The notes beneath the pieces were generated by a model, which saw only the letters and a list, made by a program, of their open reading frames with translations, searched no databases and was not told the DNA's origin. Shown one piece after another: positions 28,301 through 40,155 of a stretch of DNA of 64,000 nucleotides. Both the position numbers and the translations under genes were made by a program. Origin of the DNA: an uncultured bacterium (GTDB lineage Bacteria > JAGRBM01 > JAHCIT01). The DNA lies in the NCBI GenBank assembly GCA_964621525.1, contig CAZUMS010000003.1, positions 37,129 to 101,128 on the forward strand, read 5' to 3'. The stretch's first letter is position 1. Each line of letters opens with the position of its first letter.

Positions 28301-29171
28301 GCTCTTCGAAGCCAAGCTCTACCCGCTGGCGGTCATCGAATACGACAATGTCTTCAAGCTGGATCCCAAACAGACGGATGCTCTCGTTCAGGGAGCCGAG
28401 TGCTATTTCCTCCTGAACCGGACCGAGCCGGCCCGCAATCTGTATTTAAAGGCCATCGACGCCAATCCGAACGCGTCGGTGGCACATTTCCGCCTCGGCA
28501 GCATGCATATGACGGCCAAGGAGTTCGACAAGGCGGTTCCCCGGCTCATGCTCGCCGCCCGGATCGACCCCCGCCAACCGCTCTACCCAGCGCTGCTCGG
28601 CGATTCGTTCTCGGCCCTGGGCGACTACCGCTCGGCGTCCGAATCCTACCAGCTTGCGACGCAGCTCGAACCCACGAATGCCCAGTACCAGGCGAAGTTC
28701 CGCGAGGCGAAAGGCAAATACGACGCCGCTCCGTATGAACTCACCGGCCCGCTGGAAGTCGTGGACCTCACGGTGCCCGATCTCGAGCAGTCGTCGTTCG
28801 AGTCCTACCGGCAGAACGGCGCCCTCACGGTGAAGTTCGCCAACAACGCGGCGAAGCCCGTCTACCGGATCCGGCTCAAGTTCAGCGTCGTGGGGATGCT
28901 CCAGTATCCGTTCGAGGACCAGATCTCGTCCGTCGAAACGAAGGAAACGAAATCCCTCGTCGTGAAGCCCCGCTTCAACCAGGCGGCCATGGATCTTCCC
29001 GCCGACACCTTCGGGATTGCTGCATTCGAGATCGAATATTTCTTCCAGAAGAAACAGTACAACTACACGCTCTACCGGTCGGTGCTCATGAAAGCCGACC
29101 TCGCAGCCAGGAACACCCCTGCCCCCATGCCGGCAGTTACGCCGCCGCCTCCCGGCTATCCGGGGCGGTAG
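25323..29171 (+). CDS. secreted NHL-repeat beta-propeller / TPR-repeat protein (~1280 aa)
   Basis: GTG start with SD aggag; signal peptide NRRLSILALTLVAGLLGFSPAHA; at least 10 NHL-like units (GxGxGQFxxPxGvAvDxxGnvYVaDxxNxRvqvF); central Fn3-like segment; C-terminal ~15 TPR units. Confidence 0.75.
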   Translation: MPNRRLSILALTLVAGLLGFSPAHALNVEWENAFGSRGEGSGQFSTPLHAAVDEKGNYHVTDSRNGRVQVFDPKGLYLRSYGHLSSPRLSRPSGIAISPVTKLIFVTDTDQHLLFVFNPDGTLKETLGGSGSEPGYLSSPQGVSVGRGGRVYVADTGNGRISVFGEDGLFLGVFGPETRNTVATLKKPVDVATDIEETLYVADAGLREVVIFSREWRRLTKIGRERGFDTPAAVAADRYGSVAMLDEGSQRIFHFAAGQKPLQTFGSEGTAQAQFQDAGGLLFDEVNNRFVVVDGGNQRVQTFRHRSREEQQELPPYQPGFTLEYVRSISARADDLDAADGRLYALNREAKEIRIYSADGAEQGRIPLKWGSKDDTDDPSRILFASDTVYVTDSGAGDVKMFDPKGVFRGRMGSKGSEPGKLRDPKGMFADERFIYVVDRGNDRISLFSPNGGFVTVNQAKGSGELDEPWDVVTDREGNLYVADEGRNQVMKYSRNSQFLNALCKEGYGPGFLQGPVSIEIDKMEVLYVLDENGVTVADRECKPIARFGAGKGKGKGRFQLPGGLAVDDSRGVQIYFSDPANNVIHVVAYKQTPTAAVNFKAAPGKTGATFSWDGPQEAFRETWVLEGAVKPDGPFSKVVEAKASPVTVNYPVAGDPVYFRVVARSFSGVESAPSLVVTDVYRQAQLYFAARQYDAALTKADEYLSGVPDQPDALLLKARTLTALTQPQRAAEIYRKLAEVAGYEETALEELGRIHAAEGKYREATEAATRLLTKNDKSVAGYKLLAEVALASGSLDDSISQSARALAIAPDDTGAMDLQAKAYIKKGLGDEAIRIYSAAIKINKTDPRLYAGISAALLATNRPSQAVPYLQWVVKTQPKEVPARAMLARALLASKQPTPAAEQAEEIKKLAPDSPEGYELAGFAARDLGNAGKAIFELEQAARKDPQNPRYQIQLGLLYQQNNRPGDASQAFQKAIALTPNTAKERRVLADQLFEAKLYPLAVIEYDNVFKLDPKQTDALVQGAECYFLLNRTEPARNLYLKAIDANPNASVAHFRLGSMHMTAKEFDKAVPRLMLAARIDPRQPLYPALLGDSFSALGDYRSASESYQLATQLEPTNAQYQAKFREAKGKYDAAPYELTGPLEVVDLTVPDLEQSSFESYRQNGALTVKFANNAAKPVYRIRLKFSVVGMLQYPFEDQISSVETKETKSLVVKPRFNQAAMDLPADTFGIAAFEIEYFFQKKQYNYTLYRSVLMKADLAARNTPAPMPAVTPPPPGYPGR

Positions 29172-29206
29172 ACGGCGGACCGGGTTTTACATCCCGGCCA
29201 CCAAGG

Positions 29207-29240
29207 AAAGAGGCGGGGCAAATCCCGCCTCTTTCTGCTT
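29207..29240. terminator. bidirectional Rho-independent terminator
   Basis: aagaggcggg-gcaaat-cccgcctctt (10-bp perfect stem) followed by tctgctt; lies between the convergent NHL and SDR genes. Confidence 0.75.
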
Positions 29241-29260
29241 CAGCCGCCCGGGTTTCGGAA

Positions 29261-30175
29261 TCAGACAAGCGGATCGTAGGGGAAGATATCGGCCGACACC
29301 TGGAGCGGCACGAAGTTCGTCTTGAGCGCTGCCGGAACGATTGCGGCGATGTCCTCGGCGGTCCAGCCGCCCGCGTGGTGCAGATGACGTACAGGGCGTG
29401 GCACCGAGAACAGCACGATCTCGCCGCCGCGGACGGCGAAGATCTGGCCCGTGACCTCCTTCGCCTGGTCGGAGGCGAGGAACACGCACAGCGGGGCGAT
29501 CTGCTCCGGCTTCATTTTCTTGAGATTCTCGACCCGGGCCTTCTGGGCCTCGGTCTCGCCCTCCGGGATCGTCGCCGTGAGGCGGGTCCAGGCGAAAGGC
29601 GCGATGGCATTCGCGCGGACATTGAAGCGGCTCATGTCGAGGGCGATGGAGCGGGTGAGCCCCACGATGCCCAGCTTCGCGGCGGCGTAATTCGCCTGCC
29701 CGAAATTGCCGATGAGGCCTGACGTCGAGGTGAAATTGATGATTGATCCCGACGACTGTTTGCGGAAATGCTCGGCAGCGGCGCGGCACATGTTGAAATT
29801 GCCCTTGAGGTGGACGGCGATGACGGCATCCCAGTCCTGCTCGGTCATCTTGTGGAAGATCACGTCCCGGAGATTACCGGCATTATTCACCACGAAGTCG
29901 ATCTTGCCGAACTCCTTGGCCGCCTGGGCGACCATGGCGTGAGCGTCGTCCCACGAAGCGACGGACCCGAAGTTCGCTGCAGCCTTGCCGCCGGCCTTCC
30001 TGATCTCGGTCACGACTTCTTCGGCCGGTCGTTCGGTGGTAGCACTCCCGTCGGGTGCCACGCCGAGGTCGTTGACGACCACCGCAGCACCGTGTTTCGC
30101 CATGAGCAGCGCGATCTCGCGGCCGATGCCGCGGCCCGCTCCCGTCACGATTCCAACTTTACCCTGAAGCATCAT
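29261..30175 (-). CDS. short-chain dehydrogenase/reductase (SDR) family oxidoreductase
   Basis: TGAGRGIGREIA glycine motif, NNAG, catalytic S...YAAAK; 304 aa. Confidence 0.85.
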   Translation of the reverse strand: MMLQGKVGIVTGAGRGIGREIALLMAKHGAAVVVNDLGVAPDGSATTERPAEEVVTEIRKAGGKAAANFGSVASWDDAHAMVAQAAKEFGKIDFVVNNAGNLRDVIFHKMTEQDWDAVIAVHLKGNFNMCRAAAEHFRKQSSGSIINFTSTSGLIGNFGQANYAAAKLGIVGLTRSIALDMSRFNVRANAIAPFAWTRLTATIPEGETEAQKARVENLKKMKPEQIAPLCVFLASDQAKEVTGQIFAVRGGEIVLFSVPRPVRHLHHAGGWTAEDIAAIVPAALKTNFVPLQVSADIFPYDPLV

Positions 30176-30199
30176 GTCTCTGTTTCTCCCTCCACCGGC

Positions 30200-31255
30200 T
30201 CATCCGCCGGCCTGTTTCAGTTTCTTGAGCGACCTGGAGTATGGCGGCCGGGCGATGCCGGCTTCCGTAATGATGGCCGCGATATTCGCCGCTGGCGACA
30301 CATCGAACGCTGGATGGCGGGCGGCGACGGCTTCCGGCGCGAGGTTCATTCCCCGGACCTGTTTCACCTCGTGGTGGCTTCTCTCCTCGATAGGGATCTC
30401 TTTGCCGGATTTCGTTCCGGGATCGATCGTGGAAAGCGGCGCCGCCACGTAAAACGGGATATCGTGCTCCTTGGCGAGGACCGAGAGCGTATAGGTTCCG
30501 ATCTTGTTCGCCGTGTCACCGTTGGCGGCGATCCGGTCGGCGCCGACAACGATGCAGTCCACGTCGCCCTGCTGCATGAAGTGCCCGGCCATGTTGTCGG
30601 TAATGAGCGTCGCGGGGATACCTTCCTTCACGCATTCCCAGGCGGTTAGCCGGGCGCCCTGCAGGAACGGCCGGGTCTCGTCCACCCAGACGCTGATTTT
30701 CCGGCCCAGTTCGTGCGCCCGCTTGATGACGCCGAGCGCGGTACCATAGCCGCCGCTCGTGGCGAGCGCACCGGCATTGCAATGGGTGAGGATGCGGGCG
30801 CCTTTCGGAATCAGCCTGGCGCCGTGCTCCGACAGGGCGCGGCTCGCAGCAAGGTCTTCCGCATGGATCCGGACCGCCTCGACGAGGATCTGCCGGGGGT
30901 AATCGGCCGAGGACACGCCCGTTTCGATCAGTTCGTAGGCTCGTGCCCGCATCCGTTCGAGGGCCCAGAAGAGGTTCACGGCGGTGGGCCTTGTCTTTGC
31001 CAGACGGGCGATATCCCGTTCTGTCCGGTCGAGCGCCTTTGCCGGGGAGAGCCGGCCGGCAGCTCTCGCCCCCATGGCAACGCCGTATGCGGCCGTGACG
31101 CCGATGGCGGGAGCGCCGCGGACGGCCATGTCCTCGATCGCCCGTGCCGTCTCCTCCGCCGTACGGCAGCGGACCCACAGCTCACGCGACGGAAGCTGGC
31201 GCTGGTCGATCAGCTCCAGCACTCCGTTACGCAGACGTACGGTCTCTACAGTCAC
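30200..31255 (-). CDS. mtnA: S-methyl-5-thioribose-1-phosphate isomerase (eIF-2B alpha/beta/delta family)
   Basis: 351 aa; LELIDQRQLP...ILTHCNAGALATSGGYGTALGVI...VWVDETRPFLQGARLTAWE...VVGADRIAANGDTANKIGTY. Confidence 0.85.
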   Translation of the reverse strand: MTVETVRLRNGVLELIDQRQLPSRELWVRCRTAEETARAIEDMAVRGAPAIGVTAAYGVAMGARAAGRLSPAKALDRTERDIARLAKTRPTAVNLFWALERMRARAYELIETGVSSADYPRQILVEAVRIHAEDLAASRALSEHGARLIPKGARILTHCNAGALATSGGYGTALGVIKRAHELGRKISVWVDETRPFLQGARLTAWECVKEGIPATLITDNMAGHFMQQGDVDCIVVGADRIAANGDTANKIGTYTLSVLAKEHDIPFYVAAPLSTIDPGTKSGKEIPIEERSHHEVKQVRGMNLAPEAVAARHPAFDVSPAANIAAIITEAGIARPPYSRSLKKLKQAGG

Positions 31256-31356
31256 GAAGGGGAACCTTCCGGATGAATTCGGTTCAGGCGGGAATACCGC
31301 CGGAGCCCATCGCAGATACCCGCCGTACCGCTGGCCGTCAACCGGGCGTCAGGCGG

Positions 31357-33000
31357 TCATTTCAGCGCGAGGGAAAGTTTCTCCAGGACCCGGCGGCGGG
31401 ATTCGAAATCGGCAAAATCGGGTTTTGGCGAGAAAAATTCGCCCCGGATAACGAGTTCCCCGTCCGGTGGGCGGGATGAAGAACCCGCACCAAGCCACAG
31501 TCCGAGCCGCCCGTCCGGAACGGGCTCCACCCGCACAGTCCCGGCGTCCAGCCACAAACGACGGTCCAATCGGTCCTTTTCCATGTCGAGTTCGAGCCTC
31601 ATGGAACGGACTTCCGATTCGAGCAGCGGAAACTTCCGGCCACCCGTGAACGAGGTGATCCCGAGTGCCGTAACCTCGGGCGCGACAAATTCAAGAAGCG
31701 GACGTCCGATCTTCCCGAAGGCGGTTCTGGCGGAGAGTTTTCCGGTCTTCCGGTCAAAACGGACGCCCAGGGAGAACTCCGAATGGCGAAACCGGTACAG
31801 GACGGGGATCATCTTGCCCGGTTCCTTCACCGTCGCCCGGTCCAGCCGGAAATCCCAATAACCATCACCGGTTTCCAGCGATGCCGAGGGGCCTTTGGCG
31901 GGCCCCTGAAAGCCGAAACGGTCCGGCTCCGAAACGTCCAGATCCGCGAATCTCAGCTCCGAGAAATTGACCGGAACGCCGGCCCATTTCAGCCCGATCA
32001 GGCGGCTCAGGTCGATCACGCCCGGTGATCCGTCCGGCGAAGGCCACCGGAACGAACTGCCCAATTCGACGGATGAGAGTTTTCCGCCGGAGAATATCCA
32101 ACGGACCGGTTCCGGACCCACCAGGAGTTCACCCTTACTTTCCTCCGGTGAGATGGAAAGATCGAGCGAGCCTTTCAGGCTTGCGCTGTTTTCAGAAGAC
32201 AGTTCCCAGTCCTTCAGCACCAGCCGGCGTTTCGAATCCTCAACCAATATCGAGGTTCCGGCCCCTGCCTTCAAGGTCCAGTCCGGCATAAAGAACGAGA
32301 ACATCAGCGAAAGATCCGCAGGGCCTTCAAGGAATATCCCGGATCCGGAAATTCGTACCGGTCCTACAGGACCTCCGAGGTCCGGCTGAACGGCCATGAG
32401 CCATCCTTCGCCGCCAGACGGCTGCCGGGTGAACATCCAGAGCAGTTCGTTCTGGTTCCGGAACAGCCGGAGGCTCCCCTTCCCTTCCTGCCAGCGCAGG
32501 GAGAAGTTCACGGTCCGGGAGCGTTTCCCGGCCTGGCCGTCAATCTCAACCACCAGAGGCAGGGACGGACTCACACCCTGCAGGCCGGTGAGGGCATCGA
32601 ACAGGGCACGTCCAGTTGCCGCTGGCCAGTCCGGCAGCGAGAGGTCAAGCGGCAGTTCGCCGGAGGGATCGAGCACGAGGCCGGCCCCCGTCATCGTGAC
32701 GCGCCGGGGACGGCCGCCTTTCAGGATGTCCAGCCAGGAGAGCCGGGCTTCAAACCGTCCGAGGGCGAGGATCAGCGTTCCGAGCTCCGTCCGGCGGGAG
32801 GCGCGAATGCCCGCTACCTGCCGGGAGACGCCGGCAAGGCCGATCCGGTAGCCTGCCCCCGAGGCGGACACTTCCGTCCAGCCCTCGCGCTCCAGCGCGG
32901 CCCTGAGTTCCTGCACGGAGCCGGTATCCGGGACCGAACAGCCCGCGACAAGGGCCAAAACCCCCAGAGCCGCGAGCCACGGTAAACGCCTTCTGCGCAT
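31357..33000 (-). CDS. hypothetical lipoprotein (547 aa)
   Basis: MRRRRLPWLAALGVLALVAGCS lipobox; no recognised domain; lies between gatB and mtnA. Confidence 0.6.
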   Translation of the reverse strand: MRRRRLPWLAALGVLALVAGCSVPDTGSVQELRAALEREGWTEVSASGAGYRIGLAGVSRQVAGIRASRRTELGTLILALGRFEARLSWLDILKGGRPRRVTMTGAGLVLDPSGELPLDLSLPDWPAATGRALFDALTGLQGVSPSLPLVVEIDGQAGKRSRTVNFSLRWQEGKGSLRLFRNQNELLWMFTRQPSGGEGWLMAVQPDLGGPVGPVRISGSGIFLEGPADLSLMFSFFMPDWTLKAGAGTSILVEDSKRRLVLKDWELSSENSASLKGSLDLSISPEESKGELLVGPEPVRWIFSGGKLSSVELGSSFRWPSPDGSPGVIDLSRLIGLKWAGVPVNFSELRFADLDVSEPDRFGFQGPAKGPSASLETGDGYWDFRLDRATVKEPGKMIPVLYRFRHSEFSLGVRFDRKTGKLSARTAFGKIGRPLLEFVAPEVTALGITSFTGGRKFPLLESEVRSMRLELDMEKDRLDRRLWLDAGTVRVEPVPDGRLGLWLGAGSSSRPPDGELVIRGEFFSPKPDFADFESRRRVLEKLSLALK

Positions 33001-33045
33001 CGATACCGGGAAGCCTAAACGATAAAAGAGCCAAACGGGACCCGC

Positions 33046-34500
<1,455 letters not shown>

Positions 34501-34513
34501 TGCGTCCGTCCTT

Positions 34514-35980
34514 TCAGAGTTTCGGGAACTGGCGGTGCCAGTCCGTGGCGCGCTCGTAGGCCCCGCCCGTCTGGATGAGCAGTTCCTCGGCGAAGTGCGG
34601 TGCGAGCACCTGGAGCCCGACGGGGAGCCCCTTGCCGGTGAACCCGCACGGCACGCTGAGCCCGCAGATGCCGGCGAGGTTGCACGAAATCGTGAAGATG
34701 TCGGAGAGGTACATCTGGATCGGATCGGCGGACTTTTCGCCGAACCGGAACGCCGCCGACGGCGTCACCGGCGAGGCGATCACATCGCACGATTTGAATG
34801 CGTCCAGGAAATCCTGCCGGATCAGCCACCGGAGCTGCTGGGCCTTCCGGTAGTAGGCGTCGTAATAGCCCGCCGAGAGGCAGAACGTCCCGAGCATGAT
34901 CCGGCGCTTCACCTCGGGGCCGAATCCCTCGCCGCGGCTCCGGATGTAGAGATCGGCGAGGTCCTTCGGGTCCTTCGCCCGGTATCCGAACCGCACGCCG
35001 TCATAACGGGCAAGGTTCGACGAGGCTTCGGCCGTCGCCACAAGGTAGTAGGTCGCCACGGCGTATTTCGTGTGCGGGAGCGACACAGGCACGGTCTTGG
35101 CGCCCTGCTTCTCCAGCTCGGAGATGGCGGCGCGGACCGCCTTCTCCACGTCCGCGTCCATGCCGTCGATGAAGTATTCCTTCGGGATGCCGATCCTGAG
35201 GCCCTTCACCCCGCGGTCATGGGCCGCGGCGTAGTCCGGAACCGGCCGGTCGACCGAAGTGGAATCCATCCCGTCGTAACCGCTCATGAACTGGAGGAGG
35301 TGCGCGGCATCCTTCACCGTCCGGCCGAAGGGGCCGAGCTGGTCGAGGCTCGAGGCGAAGGCGATGACGCCGAACCGGCTCACGCGGCCGTAGGTGGGCT
35401 TGAGGCCCGCAACGCCGCAGAAGGACGCCGGCTGGCGGATCGAGCCGCCCGTGTCGGAACCGATCGTGACCGGCGCAAACCCGGCTGCCACCGCCGCCGC
35501 GCTCCCGCCCGACGATCCCCCCGACACACAGCCCGTATCCCAGGGATTCGCCGTCTTTTTGAACGCCGAGTTCTCCGTCGAGGAGCCCATGGCGAATTCG
35601 TCCATGTTGAGTTTGCCGAACGGGACGGCGCCTGCGTGCTTCAGCTTCGTGACGACAGTTGCATCGAACGTGCCGTTGAACTTTTCCAGCATCCGGCTCG
35701 CCGCCGTGGAGGGAGTTCCCTCCATGACGATGACGTCCTTGATGCCGACTGGAATGCCTGTAAGCGCTGTGACACCCCGGCCGCCGTCCAGCAGCTCCTG
35801 CGCCTTCTTTGCCTGCGCGAGCGCCTGTTCGGCGTTCACGTGCAGGAACGCACCGATTTTCCCGTCGTGCTCCCCAACCCGTTTCAGATGAGCCTCGAGG
35901 ATCTCGGGTGCGGAAACCTTCTTCTCGCGGAGCAGCTTGCCCAGCTCGTCGACCGTTAGATGGCAGAGATCGGTACTCAC
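34514..35980 (-). CDS. gatA: Asp-tRNA(Asn)/Glu-tRNA(Gln) amidotransferase subunit A
   Basis: GTG start [21 protein letters not shown] (residue 178 of the track ORF); amidase signature [26 protein letters not shown]; 488 aa. Confidence 0.9.
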   Translation of the reverse strand: MSTDLCHLTVDELGKLLREKKVSAPEILEAHLKRVGEHDGKIGAFLHVNAEQALAQAKKAQELLDGGRGVTALTGIPVGIKDVIVMEGTPSTAASRMLEKFNGTFDATVVTKLKHAGAVPFGKLNMDEFAMGSSTENSAFKKTANPWDTGCVSGGSSGGSAAAVAAGFAPVTIGSDTGGSIRQPASFCGVAGLKPTYGRVSRFGVIAFASSLDQLGPFGRTVKDAAHLLQFMSGYDGMDSTSVDRPVPDYAAAHDRGVKGLRIGIPKEYFIDGMDADVEKAVRAAISELEKQGAKTVPVSLPHTKYAVATYYLVATAEASSNLARYDGVRFGYRAKDPKDLADLYIRSRGEGFGPEVKRRIMLGTFCLSAGYYDAYYRKAQQLRWLIRQDFLDAFKSCDVIASPVTPSAAFRFGEKSADPIQMYLSDIFTISCNLAGICGLSVPCGFTGKGLPVGLQVLAPHFAEELLIQTGGAYERATDWHRQFPKL

Positions 35981-36267
35981 TATTCGATCACCTTCGGCAC
36001 GCGGAACATATTGAGCTCGGCAGCGGGGGCGTTTTCGAGTCCCCGAACCACGTCGAACGGCCGGTTCACCACGTCGTCGCGGAGCGGGGTATCCATCTCC
36101 ACCGCGTGTTCCAGCGTGGGCACCTTCGAGGTGTCCACCTCCGAGAGCTGGGCCACGTAATCCAGCATCCGGTTCATGTGGGTGACATACGCCTCCGCCT
36201 CGGCGTCCGTGACGGACAGCCGGGCGAGCGATGCGATCTTGCGCACGTTGCCGACGTCGAGTTTCAT
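35980..36267 (-). CDS. gatC: Asp-tRNA(Asn)/Glu-tRNA(Gln) amidotransferase subunit C
   Basis: [27 protein letters not shown]...; 95 aa; 1-nt overlap (TAGTG) with gatA. Confidence 0.85.
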   Translation of the reverse strand: MKLDVGNVRKIASLARLSVTDAEAEAYVTHMNRMLDYVAQLSEVDTSKVPTLEHAVEMDTPLRDDVVNRPFDVVRGLENAPAAELNMFRVPKVIE

Positions 36268-36410
36268 TGGCGGTGACTCCAGCGGGAACCGTGCCGGGGA
36301 CCGGCCGGCAACCTCCGAAAGAAGGCTCCGCACGGCCCGAAGCGGGTTCCGGGAGGGCGAGCTTTACATGGCAAAACGGAGCTGGGCAACCGGGCGGGAG
36401 GGGCGTTTCC

Positions 36411-38441
36411 CTACCCCTTCGCCAGCGTGGTGAACCGGGCGACGAGGTCCCGGTTTTTCTGTTTCTGGCGTTCGTCGTGGATCTGCCGCATCTCGGCCCG
36501 GCGGTCGGCAAGGAGTTCCGGCGGGATGTCGGCGAGGAACCGGCTCGGCAACTGCGGCACGGCCTTGCCGTATTTTTCCCTGGTTCTCGCCCGCGAGAGC
36601 ACGAGACGCTCCTTGGCCCTCGTGACAGCGACGTAAAAGAGCCGCCGCTCCTCGGCCGTATCCACGTTCTGGTAGTCGGCCTTCACCCCCTCACGGATAT
36701 CGGTGGACTTGAAGTGCGGCAGCAGGCCGTCCTCGCAACCCGCAACGAACACCAGGCGAAACTCGAGCCCCTTGGCCGCATGTATCGACAGCAGCGTGAT
36801 CCGGTCGCCGGGGCCGTCGGAGGTGTCTTTCTTCTCGAGGGCGGACTCCTCCAGAAGCCGGGTGACGGCTTCCCGGGGATCGGTGACGTCGGCCGGAAGG
36901 GACCGGATCAGCTCGTTCAGGATGTTGTGCCGGACATCCCGCTGTACAGGGTCCTTGTACTCCCGGTCGATTTCGGCCCGGAGCCCCGAGCGGTCCACGA
37001 GCCGGTCGAGCACCGCCGACGCCTGGGATTTCTCGGCGAACATCCGGCGCCCTTCGTCGACGAGTTCGAGAAACCCCCTGAGACCTGCCGTCTGGGCCGG
37101 GGCGAGGGATCCGGATTCCACCAGATGGCGGGCGGTTTCCTCGTAGGGTTTTCCCGCCCCGGCCGATTTCTCCTTGATGAGATCCACCGTCGTCTTGCCG
37201 ACACCGCGGGCCGGATAGTTCACGACCCGCAGGAACGAGAGGTTGTCGCGCGGACGGACGACGCATTTCAGGTAGCCCAGCGCGTCCTTCACCTCCCGCC
37301 GCTCGAAGAAGCTCTCGCCCCCCAGGACCCGGTAAGGGAGCTTCGAGATACGGAGCGCCTGTTCCAGCGGCCTCGCCTGCTGGTTGGTCCGGTAGAGAAC
37401 GGCGATCTCCCCGAGCGGGACTCCGCGCGAGACGGCCGCCTGGATCTCGCTGGCGATCTGGTCGGCTTCCGATTCGGGGGTTTCGAACTCAAGCAGTTCC
37501 ACCGGTGCGCCGGGACCCTTCACCGTTCGGAGCTGCTTCTTGTGCCGGTCGGAGAGCTTCGCAATGACGGCGTTGGCTGCATCGAGAATGTTCTTCGAGG
37601 AGCGGTAGTTCGATTCGAGCCGGATCACCTTCGCACCGGGGAAATGGCGGTCGAAAGAGAGGATGTGCTTCACTTCGGCCCCGCGCCAGCCGTAGATCGA
37701 CTGATCGTCATCACCCACGACGCAGCAGTTACCGGTTCTCTCCACCAGCCCCTTGAGGAGACGGAATTGTCCGCCGTTCGTGTCCTGGTATTCGTCCACC
37801 AGCACGTAATCGTATTTCTCGCGAAGCTTGGCCCCGGCTTCCGGATCCGCGAGAAGCTTCAGGGGCAGGAGCAGAAGGTCCTCGAAATCGACCATGTCCT
37901 GCGAGCGGAGCGATTCCTCGTAGGGCTCCCACAGCTCGAACGCCGCCCGGTCGTAATCGGTAATGACGGACGGCACGGTCGAAGGCTCCAGCCCCGCACC
38001 CTTCCAGCGGGTGATGCGGCTCGCGATCTCAAAGACGTCCCATTTCCGATGATCGAGGCCGTGGGCGCGGATCTGCGCCCGCACGATGTCGCACTGGTCA
38101 CCCACGTCCGCGATGCCGAAATCGCGCCTGAGGCCGAGCGGTTTCCCGTGATCCCGGAGCAGCCTCGCCCCGAGGGCGTGGAACGTGGAGAGCGTGACCT
38201 TCTTCGCCCGGTCGTGACCTACGAGCTTCTCGAGCCGTTCGCGCATCTCGCGGGCCGCCTTGTTCGTGAACGTAACGCCGAGAATCCGTGCCGGGTTCAC
38301 ACCCTTGTCCAGCAGGTGCGCGACCCGGAACGTGATCACTCGGGTTTTTCCGGAGCCGGCGCCTGCGAGCACCAGCACAGGGCCCTCCGTCGTTTCGACG
38401 GCGAGGCGCTGTTCGGAGTTGAGCGTGGAGAGATCGAGCAT
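36411..38441 (-). CDS. pcrA: ATP-dependent DNA helicase, UvrD/PcrA/Rep family
   Basis: [38 protein letters not shown]; Walker A plus UvrD motifs; 676 aa. Confidence 0.9.
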   Translation of the reverse strand: MLDLSTLNSEQRLAVETTEGPVLVLAGAGSGKTRVITFRVAHLLDKGVNPARILGVTFTNKAAREMRERLEKLVGHDRAKKVTLSTFHALGARLLRDHGKPLGLRRDFGIADVGDQCDIVRAQIRAHGLDHRKWDVFEIASRITRWKGAGLEPSTVPSVITDYDRAAFELWEPYEESLRSQDMVDFEDLLLLPLKLLADPEAGAKLREKYDYVLVDEYQDTNGGQFRLLKGLVERTGNCCVVGDDDQSIYGWRGAEVKHILSFDRHFPGAKVIRLESNYRSSKNILDAANAVIAKLSDRHKKQLRTVKGPGAPVELLEFETPESEADQIASEIQAAVSRGVPLGEIAVLYRTNQQARPLEQALRISKLPYRVLGGESFFERREVKDALGYLKCVVRPRDNLSFLRVVNYPARGVGKTTVDLIKEKSAGAGKPYEETARHLVESGSLAPAQTAGLRGFLELVDEGRRMFAEKSQASAVLDRLVDRSGLRAEIDREYKDPVQRDVRHNILNELIRSLPADVTDPREAVTRLLEESALEKKDTSDGPGDRITLLSIHAAKGLEFRLVFVAGCEDGLLPHFKSTDIREGVKADYQNVDTAEERRLFYVAVTRAKERLVLSRARTREKYGKAVPQLPSRFLADIPPELLADRRAEMRQIHDERQKQKNRDLVARFTTLAKG

Positions 38442-38503
38442 GGGCGGCGGCCGTCAAAATAGAACGGCTGCCGCACGAGACAAGCGGAACGGAAAAATAA
38501 AAC

Positions 38504-38989
38504 CTAGAGCCGTTCGGTGGCGATCTTGAAATCGATGCCGCTGACGGGCGGGCTCACCGGATTACCGGGGTAAAAACCCTCGATGTCCCCCGGCGCACCG
38601 ATGGCGTCGCCCGACCGGGAGATACGGGCAAATATCCGCATTTCGCCAGCGAAAACCGCACCGGGCTGGCGGAGCATCATGTCCGACGCAGAGAGCTCGT
38701 ACCGGAGCGGAAACGAATATTGGCCGGGGATGTACCGCTTCACCGCCACGGGCGGACCGCCGTCGCCCTGCCGGGCGAAGATATAGAGTACGTCGGTAGA
38801 CGGCTGGAGTTTCGTCTTGAGCGCCTCGTCCACGTCGATGGTTCCGGAGACGGTTCCGCCTGTTACGGCGGCGGCTTTCGGGCGCCCTTCGCCATCCACT
38901 TCGCCGATGCGTTTCACCTCGGCCCTGTCGGAGCAGGCGGCGAGCAGAACGATAGCGGCGGCGAACAGAGCAGACTTCAGGCTGGACAT
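38504..38989 (-). CDS. small lipoprotein (161 aa), unknown function
   Basis: MSSLKSALFAAAIVLLAACS lipobox (residue 28 of the track ORF). Confidence 0.55.
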   Translation of the reverse strand: MSSLKSALFAAAIVLLAACSDRAEVKRIGEVDGEGRPKAAAVTGGTVSGTIDVDEALKTKLQPSTDVLYIFARQGDGGPPVAVKRYIPGQYSFPLRYELSASDMMLRQPGAVFAGEMRIFARISRSGDAIGAPGDIEGFYPGNPVSPPVSGIDFKIATERL

Positions 38990-39006
38990 GGACGTTTCTC
39001 CTCCGG

Positions 39007-40035
39007 TCAGAGTTCCCAGATCGTGCGATTGAACTTGCCCGTATCCGGCTCCCAGCGAAACTCGGCCCAAGGGGCGAATAGCTCCGACGGCAGGGGGCCC
39101 ACGATGACGAGCACGGGCGCCTTCGGGCGGCGGCGCTCCGGCAGCCGGGTCAGGAAGTCCCGGAACGCCTCAAACGCCTCGGGATATTTGGTGGACCGCT
39201 CGTACGTGCAGATCACAAACAGCCCGGCATCGATCTGGTTGAAATCGGCAATGGCACTGCGGAACATGCCGAACCGGTCCAGCTCGCCCATGACCACCGC
39301 CGTGCGGTCGGGGGCGCCGGGTTCTCCGGCCGGGGCCATCCAGCCCTGCGAAAAGCCGAACTTACGGGGCTCGACGCCGGGGAAGAACCGGCGGCCGATC
39401 TTTTCCCACAGGCCGCAGTCGCGGATGTGCTCATGAGAGAGATTGCCCACCATCACCTTGGTCCAGTTTTCGGGGCGCTTGTAGAGGTTCTTCCAGTTCT
39501 CGTACTCATGACGGAACCGGCGGATCTCGGCGAAGAATTCCCGCGAGACTTCTTCAGGTATCGGCATGGGCAGCGAGCTGCCCAGAAGCCTCAGCACCAG
39601 GGGGAGCGGCACGGCGGAGGTCCAGCCTTCTTCGGTGCCTTCTGAGATCCGGCGGACGAAGTCGAGCTTCACAGGCTCGCCCTTCGCATCCACAAGGCGC
39701 CCGGCCTCGAACGCCACATACTCGAGTGCATCCTTCCAGGCGATCAGCACCGGCTCCGAACGGAGTTCCTTGAGGAGCGGCCCCTCGCATTTCACCGGCT
39801 CGCCGGCGGTCAGCGGATCCCGGCTGTAGGCCATCGGCAGTCCCTGGAAGAACTCCATCGGCTTTTCGTGACGGCCGATCGTCCGCTCGCCGATCTCGAT
39901 GGGCCGGGACATGACGAGGATCGCATCCGCGAACGCCGTCCCGGTGACGTAGAAATCGCTTCCCTCTAGCAGCACGCGGAACAGCGGCGTCCGCTGGGCG
40001 CCGTCGAACCTGAAGAATGGAACCGCCTGAATCAT
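39007..40035 (-). CDS. hypothetical protein (342 aa, Trp-rich)
   Basis: No recognisable motifs; tightly packed between the lipoprotein and gluQ. Confidence 0.5.
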   Translation of the reverse strand: MIQAVPFFRFDGAQRTPLFRVLLEGSDFYVTGTAFADAILVMSRPIEIGERTIGRHEKPMEFFQGLPMAYSRDPLTAGEPVKCEGPLLKELRSEPVLIAWKDALEYVAFEAGRLVDAKGEPVKLDFVRRISEGTEEGWTSAVPLPLVLRLLGSSLPMPIPEEVSREFFAEIRRFRHEYENWKNLYKRPENWTKVMVGNLSHEHIRDCGLWEKIGRRFFPGVEPRKFGFSQGWMAPAGEPGAPDRTAVVMGELDRFGMFRSAIADFNQIDAGLFVICTYERSTKYPEAFEAFRDFLTRLPERRRPKAPVLVIVGPLPSELFAPWAEFRWEPDTGKFNRTIWEL

Positions 40036-40155
40036 GCCGTCCTTGCCGGAGGCGGGACTGGGGCCCGTACGGGCTCTCCCGCCTCAGCGGTGCGGGCACT
40101 ATGCGGATAAACAGGGGTGCTGGCAACCCCCGTGACCCGGAATTCCACCGGACTT

